A stretch of DNA of 63,360 bases, filler included, from Octopus bimaculoides (Eukaryota): assembly GCF_001194135.2 (NCBI RefSeq). It is 6 parts of 6 records of this genome, joined end to end, with 100 filler letters (N's around TTAATTAATTAA, not from the genome) between each part and the next. Parts side by side here need not be neighbours in the genome. Positions count along the whole stretch, not along the records: positions 26,986 to 55,590 come from NC_069004.1; positions 55,691 to 61,037 come from NC_069005.1; 4 more parts are not named here. The stretch is one strand, 5' to 3'. The position numbers and the translations under genes are program-made. Below are positions 51,340-61,137 of the stretch, piece after piece. How positions within the stretch are numbered: the first letter of the stretch is position 1; each line of letters begins with the position of its first letter. Below the pieces are notes generated by a model, which worked only from the letters and a program-made list of their open reading frames with translations, did no database searches and was not told the DNA's origin.

Positions 51340-51979
51340 ATATACTATAATCAAATTGAATTTAAAATATCACCAAAATATCGCCAAATATTTTTAAAAG
51401 AAATGAATGAAGAAAAGGTAAAGATATAATATTAGAGATCTTGACAATAAATCATGTAGACAACTTTTAGTTTTTAACAAGAATGGTTTTGCTATTCCGT
51501 TGCATTTATCTTTGACTTTAATTCTATGTTTTAGCAAAATACATATATGACTACTGAGAATTGTGCTGAGCTTTCTGTTTTTGTTATCATTTTTATTTGC
51601 TATATTTTTGTTTTGTCTTCAGGATATCTTAATAAAATTGCATATGTCAATCTTGTAGAAAAATTTCTGATAAGGAAATAATTCAATAGGAACAAGAAAA
51701 AAAAAAGAGAAAGAAAAAGGAAAACCTCTTTTGGATATTTCTTTGGAAAAATTCTTATTCAAAAACATGTGATGAAAAGTCTGGTAGCATTTTGATATGG
51801 GAAGACAGAGGTGGAATAAATACATCTTTTTTACTTAAATATCAAGTGTTGGCATCAGGAAGAGCATCCAGCCATAGAATATTGCATTAAGAAGTTGTGT
51901 CTTATCCAGCGAATGCCAGCTAGGAAAGGAAAAATAAGAAAAAAAATGTATGTAAAAATAAAAATGATGACTTATGATG

Positions 51980-52016
51980 ATGGCAATAATGATCATGACA
52001 ACAATGACGATGGCAG

Positions 52017-52057
<41 letters not shown>

Positions 52058-52330
52058 TGATGACAATGATGGTGTTGATGAGAGTGAGGATGAGGAGGAG
52101 GATGATGACAATGATGATAATGATGGTGATGACGATGACGACAACAACGACGATGATGACGATGATGATGATGATGACAAGGATGATAATGACGATGATA
52201 TTGATGATCATGATGACAATGATGATGATGATGATGATGGTGGTGGTAATGTTGATGATGATGAAGGTGGTGGTAGTGATGATGATGATGATGATGTGGT
52301 GGTGGTGGTGGTCATGGTGGTGTCAGTGAC
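51980..52330. repeat. Compound (GAT)n/(GGT)n tract; complementary (CAT/CAC)n tract at ~52780-52930
   Basis: Direct inspection; source of poly-M/D/S/H ORFs. Confidence 0.95.
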
Positions 52331-53689
52331 CTTGGAGGCAGCAGTGGTGGAGTTCATGATGATGAAAATAAGTGCTGAAAATCTAAGACTGTGCAAATTA
52401 TTCTTCTGTGACAAAAGTACATGTGACATTAAGAGTGTTTCGAGTACAATTATTAATTAATACTCCAATACTTTTGGAAACTAACATTTTGTGTGAACAT
52501 TAATTTTCTTGTGCACTGATTAATTTCTTCAGTGTGCACGAGAATATCATAGAGTGCATAGGTGCACATGCATGCACACGCACAAACAGAGGTGCACAGT
52601 GCTCTCAATCGCGAGATAGTAAATGCAATCTGTTACCGGGTCCACTCATGCAAATATGAGCTCTTAGTGGTGCTTACCTTGCTCAAGTACTCTATACACT
52701 GGCAAGAGTATGACTAAAACCTGTGACCTTGTGGACCGTAGTCTAGCAGCACAGCCATTGTACTTCATAAGTGATATATTCATCATCATCATCATCATCA
52801 TCATCCTCATCAACATCCTCATCATCATCATCATCATCATCACTGCTACCTTCACCACAACCACCACCACAAACCTCATCACCAAAATTACTCCCACTAT
52901 AACCATCTACCACCTCCAACACCACCTCCTCCTCCTCCACTTTAGAGGGCTCCACAGCAAAATAAGTTTTGGAAGTGCTGCTGCAAGACAATCCAAAATA
53001 ATAACTTAACATTTGCTGGGTGGTTGTCCTTATGGTAGTGTTTAAAACCAAAAGTTATTTGTGTGGTACACATGTTATATATATATAAGAAGATAACAAA
53101 TTCAATGTAGATATAGAGTAAAATTTCTTTTGTTGAAAATTAACCAAATGGGAATGAAATTTGCTTAGTGGTTGCAAACCCATGTCCAAAATTTTGTAAA
53201 AACAGGATCAATGTGTGTGTATGTGTGTGTGCTTTCTGTCTGTTTGCCTCCCACCTCACCCCACCGCTTTGCAAACAGTAGTGGTGTGTTTATGCACCAG
53301 TAACTTAGCAGTCTGGCAAATGTGACCAATAGAATAAGTACCAGGCTTTAAAATGCAATAAGGACTTGAGTCGACTCATTCAATAAAAAAAAATTCTTCA
53401 AGGTAGAGCCCCAGCATGGTCGCAGTCTAATGACAAAAACAAGTAAAACATAAAAGATGAAAGATTACCTAGGGTAGGTCTTTGAAACCAATGTTTTCTG
53501 TGAGTCCAACAGGATTGTTGTCGTGGACGTCTCTGATGAGAACCGAATAAGGTTTGAGAATCGATTAAGGTTGTTCATTTCTTCAATCTGCAGAGAAATA
53601 GCTAAAATTTGCGCTGTTTATAATAATACCAACAGTGGTGCATTAGCATGGCCGCAGCTCTGAGCTGAAACTATAAAAAAAAAAAAGTA

Positions 53690-54480
53690 AGACTTTGACA
53701 CAGGAATATCTTTTTGACTGTGAAAATGCTGTGTATAGTTGCCCATAAGCTAATAAAATGGGCCTTGGTAGGTTGATTCCAACTCCATAACTTTCTTGTC
53801 CATGGTTTTTATCTATTGTCTCTGTATAAAAAGTTTTTGATGAAGAATAATTACCTGATGATGGTGGAAGGTAATTCGTTGTCTCTGTCATGGTGAGGAA
53901 TATGGAGCAAAAAAAGACCTGGAAACTTTTCATTGTTCTGATTGAAATCTTTATTTTTAACAAACATTTACACCAGCTAAATGACATTCATTCCAATCTC
54001 ATTTCAGAGACATTATGCTGAATTTGTTTGTCGGTTGAGTAAGAAAATAACAGGACAACCAATTTTTGGCACCAGTTCGTAGTCAGGTAGGTGACATGGT
54101 ATTATGCTATCAAGGAATTCCATTAGAATGGCATGTTTTTGATCATCTTTCACTATTGAATCATCAGCGATCTTGACTTTTGAGTCACATAGAAACTTTT
54201 CAGTAAGTCTATTTATTTCATATACATTTGTATTCAATAGCATCTAGATATTTCCTTTCATAAAGTTTTCAATTGAGTCACAACCATTTTGTGAGTCAAG
54301 GAATGTTTTTTTCAGTGTAGGAATGTTTCTTTGATGAGGCTTTTGTGGTCTGGAATCAAGTACTGAAGAGGAATCCTTTTGGTAGCTTCTCCTTGGCCAG
54401 GCAGAATTCTACAGAATTGCTCATGAAAAACATGTAAGTCTTTCAAATGAATTGACTTAATACCACATGTACTGAAGGTA
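53690..54480 (-). mobile_element. Helitron Pif1-like helicase remnant; partial mariner MITE at ~54538-54704
   Basis: NTNVYEINRL...DSIVKDDQ...EFLDSIIPCHLPDYELVPKIGCPVIFL and TIDKNHGQ...VGINLPRPILLAYGQLYTAFSQSKR match Pif1 motifs. Confidence 0.85.
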
Positions 54481-54701
54481 CTTCACAACAGTGTGATGAA
54501 GTACATTATGACCAGTGGTGTTTAACAACATCTAATAGTCTTATGATTTTATTCTGCATATTCCCTTCTCAAATCCACACACTTCTTGGTCATACAGTGG
54601 TCTTTCTGATTTTCTAAGCCTTGTAAAAAAACTTAGAAGGTTGGGCCTCTAACCAGGCTTTTTGCGATACCCTTAAAGACAGGAACTTTTCAGTACCCCC
54701 T

Positions 54702-54732
<31 letters not shown>

Positions 54733-54863
54733 ATATATAGTTTTTTATTTTTCATTCCTTTTGAAGATTGTTGCTGGCAATTGAACTCGTGACTTTATGA
54801 TCGTGAGCCAAATGCCCTAACCACTAAGCCAGGTGCCTTCACATATACATATATACATATATG

Positions 54864-54901
<38 letters not shown>

Positions 54902-54986
54902 NNNNNNNNNNNNNNNNNNNNNNNNNNNNNNNNNNNNNNNNNNNNNNNNNNNNNNNNNNNNNNNNNNNNNNNNNNNNNNNNNNNNN

Positions 54987-55036
<50 letters not shown>

Positions 55037-55893
55037 GTATGTGTATGTATAGACATGTAGATGCTCAGACATACACAAATTCAACATCATATGCCTTAAT
55101 CCATCTGAATGAAAGTGCTATTCATGGAGTATCAAGGCAGTTTACAAACAATTATAAAACTGTGGCAGAAGTCTCTGGTCAGGAAATTACACAGAAGGGA
55201 AAAAATTTGATTTACCATTTTAATTGAAATATGAACTTTCCTATCTCACAGCTTTACATATTTCTCTAGTGGCAAGACTTTGTGGAAATGGCTAACCGCT
55301 TCATAAGGCCATCCAAATAAAAAACTCTCCCTTAAGGCTGTGGAACTTAGTAGTGGCTCACATGGGACTTGGTTTAAATCAATTGAAATGAATAAATATA
55401 CTGAACGAAAGATCTTGTAGCCTACTGGCTGAACTTGCATACAAACACAGAAATACACATACATACATACATGCATACATACACACATAGCTACATGCTT
55501 ACATACACACACACTTACACACACACACTCACATATATAAATACACATCCACATACACACATAATTATATATATATATATATATATATATNNNNNNNNNN
55601 NNNNNNNNNNNNNNNNNNNNNNNNNNNNNNNNNNTTAATTAATTAANNNNNNNNNNNNNNNNNNNNNNNNNNNNNNNNNNNNNNNNNNNNACTGGTGAAT
55701 TATTTCACCTTCCACCTCAAACGGAAAGTAGAGCTAGAGAGAAAATGCCTGACTGCGAAAATGTTTGAGAGTCGATGGAAGAGTGTAGCACGAAAGTTGC
55801 GAATAAATGTAACCACATGAATGAGACGAAGGGCTCATCTCAGCTATCAATGGCGAGGCGGGGCACGAGGGGTCCGTGCTGGACCCGCCTTAC

Positions 55894-55951
55894 CACTCCA
55901 TCCGTAATGTCTTCCGGTCTGTCGCATCATCCGATTATAATTCGATTTCAT
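55894..55951 (-). CDS. Candidate start-codon exon of the TMEM268-like gene (MKSNYNRMMRQTGRHYGWS + G, phase 1)
   Basis: ATG at 55951-55949, donor GTG|gtaagg, phase fits the 18029 exon giving ...GWS-DLSNGQ; lies in a CpG-rich segment. The join is inferred only. Confidence 0.4.
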
Positions 55952-56296
55952 TGTAAAATTTTTAAATGCATGTTTCTGTTAATTCATCCGTTTTCATCTG
56001 ACCCCAAATCAGGTTGTATCGTCCCCTCTATGTCGCCCCTTGTGGGTAATAAAAAATTCTGACTGTGGCAAGATGTCGAACGTGATATAAAACATTGTTT
56101 AGCGCGTTCTTATTTATGGACTAGCATGACCACACACACACACACACACACACAAACAAACAAACATACAGAAGATCAAATGAAAAGGAGTTGGAATTAC
56201 ATTCAGCACTTTCCAAACACACGTAGAAGACAAAGACATCGTAAAGTAAATAAAAATGATGCACCGATCAAATATTTCAAGTTGGATCAACTGAAA

Positions 56297-56334
<38 letters not shown>

Positions 56335-56593
56335 CGGCATAAAAGTAAAGTTACGTTTCTGTGAACAAAACAGACTACAAAACCCACAGAAATAGCACAA
56401 TACAGGGTGGACTTATACTATCACCGATACAACAAAATAAACTTGCACCAATATAACCAAAACAAACTGTTGAAAATAAATGGCTATTTTGTTACCTGAA
56501 TGGTATAGTTTGTTGTTACAGCAAACTTCAATCCTGACAGTCTTTGCTACTAAATGAAAAATAAACCGCTTCTGAACACTCTCAGAGGGTATA

Positions 56594-56720
56594 TACAACA
56601 ACCTCTCGCCATATCGCGGTTCACCTATCGCGATTCACTCATCGCGGTTTATTATTTAAACTTACGTCGATTCCTCCGTGGTGTTGTTTTGCATTTATAC
56701 TAAAATAAATATATACAAGT
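56594..56720 (+). mobile_element. pogo/Tigger-like MITE end
   Basis: TACAACAACCTCTCGCCATATCGCGGTTCACCTATCGCG resembles Tigger-type termini with repeated ATCGCG. Confidence 0.55.
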
Positions 56721-56751
56721 TATAAAAATAATCAAAAAAATATATACATTA

Positions 56752-57050
56752 GGCATAGGAGTGGCTGTGTGGTAAGTAGCTTACTTACCCACCACATAGT
56801 TCCGGGTTCAGTCCCACTGTGTGGCACCTTGGGCAAGTGTCTTCTATTATAGCTTCGGGCCGATCAAAGCCTTGTGAGTGGATTTGGTAGACAGAAACTG
56901 AAAGAAGCCCCGTCGTATATGTATATATTTGTGTGTCTATATTTGTCCCCCCGCCACACACACACCACACCACCATCGCTTGACAACAGATGCTGGTGTG
57001 TTTATGTCCCCGTAATCTAGCAGTTCGGCAAAAGGATCCGATAGAATAAG
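56752..57050 (+). mobile_element. Family A SINE, 3'-truncated (another right arm at 58754-58900)
   Basis: Near-consensus head and partial right arm. Confidence 0.9.
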
Positions 57051-59769
57051 TGGATGACGCAGATGGGACACAATTTGCCAGAAAATAAGATGGCTGGAAC
57101 ACATTGGGTAAAAATAGGTCTGCTATATCAGACCTGATCTGGGACTAAAAAGTCAAAATAGTACATTTCCCATTTTCCATAGCGACACCGGCACAAAGAC
57201 GTCACCCATAGAGCACCAACCAACCCAACAGCGTCCTAATAAAGAAAGCTTTAACTCTCATAGAAAAACTATCAATGCTCTCACACTTTTCCTTCGAGGA
57301 CTTACTGTTTCACGGAGCAAATTTTGTGAAACTGCAACTATCCTCCTTTCTTCCTAAACAATCAACAAACAATATACATCAAAGAAGGTGTTCTAGTATA
57401 AATGAGCGAAGGATCTGCATAGTTGCTGGCAGGCATCGTCGAGTAATCTTTACGTAATGTTTGTAAGCTTTACACCTGTATTCAGGATAAATGCAGTTAG
57501 TTGTTCGGTTTGTTACCGCCTTTGTTGTTATTCGAGAAGGTTACACCTACTTCAACAGACAGAACCTATTTATTTCCAGAAGATATATATATATACAGAG
57601 AGGGAGAGAAGTAGAGAGAAAGAGGCAGTGGGGTGTACAGCGCTCTTTTTGGCCTAAATACATATTTTTTAAAGGGAAAGTGAATTTAATTATGTGATTA
57701 TATTTAATCACCTACGCGCACACCTATACAAACGCTTGTGCATGTTAGTATGTGAGTTAGTACGTAAGTACCTGTGCATGTTTAGATAAATCGAAGAGAA
57801 TTCTTGAGTGTAGACAACAAGGCTATGCTTTTTGGCATCCTTCGAGCGTGAGCTTGATTCTGATCCATTCATTTTGACGTCTTGTACATCCAAATAGATA
57901 TATATATATATATAGAGTGTTTGAAGTGGTGTACAGTGGTATATATATGTATATGTGTGTGTGTGTGTATGTGTGTGTTTGTCACTCCCACCATCAAAAC
58001 ACAGCATGCGGAAAAAAAGGACGATAGCACCACAGCGGCAAAGAGGACAAAACAAGATATACGGATCATTCGCAGCCAATTGCCTCTTCAATCGGAGTCT
58101 GGAATGTCCACGTAGTTTCGCCCTTTGATTTATCCTTGCAGCGCTATGTACAACTTGTTTACTTATATATATANNNNNNNNNNNNNNNNNNNNNNNNNNN
58201 NNNNNNNNNNNNNNNNNNNNNNNNNNNNNNNNNNNNNNNNNNNNNNNNNNNNNNNNNNNNNNNNNNNNNNNNNNNNNNNNNNNNNNNNNNNNNNNNNNNN
58301 NNNNNNNNNNNNNNNNNNNNNNNNNNNNNNNNNNNNNNNNNNNNNNNNNNNNNNNNNNNNNNNNNNNNNNNNNNNNNNNNNNNNNNNNNNNNNNNNNNNN
58401 NNNNNNNNNNNNNNNNNNNNNNNNNNNNNNNNNNNNNNNNNNNNNNNNNNNNNNNNNNNNNNNNNNNNNNNNNNNNNNNNNNNNNNNNNNNNNNNNNNNN
58501 NNNNNNNNNNNNNNNNNNNNNNNNNNNNNNNNNNNNNNNNNNNNNNNNNNNNNNNNNNNNNNNNNNNNNNNNNNNNNNNNNNNNNNNNNNNNNNNNNNNN
58601 NNNNNNNNNNNNNNNNNNNNNNNNNNNNNNNNNNNNNNNNNNNNNNNNNNNNNNNNNNNNNNNNNNNNNNNNNNNNNNNNNNNNNNNNNNNNNNNNNNNN
58701 NNNNNNNNNNNNNNNNNNNNNNNNNNNNNNNNNNNNNNNNNNNNNNNNNNNNNNGTAGCAGTTCGGCAAAAAGAGACCGATAAAATAAGTACTAGGCTTA
58801 CAAAAGAATAAGTCCTGGGGTCGATTTGCTCAACTAAAGGCGGTGCTCCAGCATGGCCGCAGTCAAATGACTGAAACAAGTAAAAGAGAGAGAGAGAGTA
58901 AAAGAGAGAGGACTAAAATACCTCGAGTTATGCCATGCTGGTGATTTCTAAAAAGCATGTTAGTGCTATACATAATTACCACTGACCAGAAGATTTGACT
59001 TCGTAATAAGCAACAACAACAACAACAACAAAAGTTAATATATGTATTCTATGCATCGTTTCTCGTTAACCCTCAATTTTAAATTCAAACTTCCAATCCA
59101 GTCAAATATTATGAAGAAATGATTACCCCCCTTGTATTCACTGTCCGCCAGGTGACACCACGTGTTTTAAAAAGTCCTGGCTGCGAATTCGAAAGGATTC
59201 ATTCAACTAAACGGTTAACGAAAATTCAAGACCTTTTAGGTCTGTGAAGAGAGGTCTTGGCAACTACGTAAAGATGGATTACTTTTATGAAACAGTAGCT
59301 TCCAACCAATATCTACATTTGGAAGAATATATGGAAAACAACTTCTTAATCTTGTTTGTAATTAAGACTAAAATATTAACTACTATATGACACCTTCACA
59401 ATGTAGAGGTCTCTAGAAACAGTCAGTTTAAAAACTCTAGGAACTTTCTCTCTCTTCTCTTTTGATTGCTAAACTACAAACGCTCTATGAAGAAAACGAA
59501 ACAATATTCCATTAATCTCTTGTAGACTGTGATTATTTTCCATTTATAAGAAATGTCTCTCTTCATAAAATGTTTAATTAATATATTTCACGACGTGTCA
59601 TGCGGACGGTTTCTAAAAGGGATGAAATAGTGTTGTATATAATTACCATTGATCAGAAATTTTTAGAACTTAGTAATAAGTAAACAAAAAGAAAAAAAAT
59701 ACTTGTGTGCATTTTATAATTCAAACATATACTCCTGTTAGATATTTCTACATCCATTGTGTTTCCATT

Positions 59770-59995
59770 GGCTCAGATGGTCAACAAAGAATACTTTGTG
59801 AGGGGTTTTGTTGATTTCAGGAAGAGATTCCGTCGAAAAAGACCAGGACATGTGCAATTCCATTGTGGTGACCAAATACTTGGCTGAGATGGGTATCAGA
59901 GCTCTCCCTCACCTTCCCTACCGTTCCAGACCTTGCTCCCAGTGGCTTTTTAGGAGAAAATGAAGGAGGCTGTGACAAGGGTCCTGGCCGCGAAG
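59770..59995 (+). mobile_element. Deleted mariner transposase remnant
   Basis: DFRKRFRRKRPG..NSIVVTKYLAEMGIRALPHLPYxPDLAP..EEMKEAVTRV matches the mariner YSPDLAP region. Confidence 0.8.
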
Positions 59996-60843
59996 TTTTT
60001 TTCCCACGAGAGTTCTGGACCCCAGTAATGAACTCATGTGCATACAGCCAATCAGGAAAAAAGGTAATTAGATAGATTTGCATCTATACCTATTATTGGA
60101 TTTTGTTAGGACCCCATATAGTAAAGATGTGGATGGGAAAAATGTGGGTAGAGGGTAATGTGCTAGGAACCCTCTCTCCTTACTGCTTTACAAAGTAAAC
60201 AACAACACAAGTAACTACGCAGAGGCAGCCATGGTTGAAACAAGAACAAGAACAACAAGCATTCTTAAAAGAGAAAAGAAGCATGGTCGTTCCTTACTCA
60301 AGTGACCTTATCTTATCGCCCGTCACTTATGTGCTCATAAATTAGTTCATAACATGCAAATGTAAAATTTTCGTTGCGTCTTGCAACCTTTTCAATAGTC
60401 TTGGCTCCCTTCTGTCGTGTTCCAGTAATTCTGCAAATACGGAGACAGGTAGACAAAGACGAGCGACTGCAATACCTTGGTTTCGCTTACGCACGCTGGG
60501 TAAATATTATATATACACATTTTATTATATGTATTTATTTTCTCTAAGTTAATAATTAACTCGGACAAAATAAATTGGTTAATAGATACCAGGGTAGCAA
60601 AGATCACAAAATGACTGTGGTGTAACTCCTGTTTATGAGGTAGAAACTCCTTGTTATTTTGGGTACTATCATTTAGTAAATGGAGTAAAACGCATGTATT
60701 AAATGAATTCTTTTATTTCCAACATATGTTTCGAAGATTACAAATTATACCTTCCATAGGAATAGGTGATGTTGATAAAGATGTAATCTTCTCTTCAGGG
60801 AAATGCTTGGGAACCAGCTTAACCGTAAGACATTTTAACCGAA

Positions 60844-60896
<53 letters not shown>

Positions 60897-61137
60897 GCTT
60901 GGATTGTGCAACCTGAGATCCTTTCCTATCCAGTTTCAGTATTAAAAAATGCGGCTGACTTATTCATAATCAGCATTCAGTTTGAGAATGCAAATACTTA
61001 TAATTCGCAACAACAGCTTCTTTCTTCTATTTAAAAANNNNNNNNNNNNNNNNNNNNNNNNNNNNNNNNNNNNNNNNNNNNTTAATTAATTAANNNNNNN
61101 NNNNNNNNNNNNNNNNNNNNNNNNNNNNNNNNNNNNN

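Larger units (their letters stand above)
56496..57353 (-). other. Two candidate short exons (57306-57353, 48 nt; 56496-56549 or -56546, 54/51 nt)
   Basis: Both have pyrimidine-rich acceptors and gtaagt/gtaaca donors; lengths are multiples of 3. Confidence 0.4.

Noticed and set aside
16286-54704. Same mariner MITE next to both Helitron fragments, suggesting a composite element
   Set aside because: Insertion positions differ relative to the helicase and the MITE appears high-copy; coincidence is sufficient.
55770-55830. WKSVARKLRI death-domain-like peptide
   Set aside because: Bounded by stops within about 20 codons; no further similarity.
5546-58879. Dozens of long ORFs in the track (poly-YI, CV, HT, LS, RE, K/R, M/D and X-containing)
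   Set aside because: Translations of microsatellites or N gaps.
12184-61093. TTAATTAATTAA islands inside N runs (12184, 23270, 26930, 55635, 61082)
   Set aside because: Identical 12-mer centred in fixed-length gaps: an assembly/scaffolding spacer, not biology.
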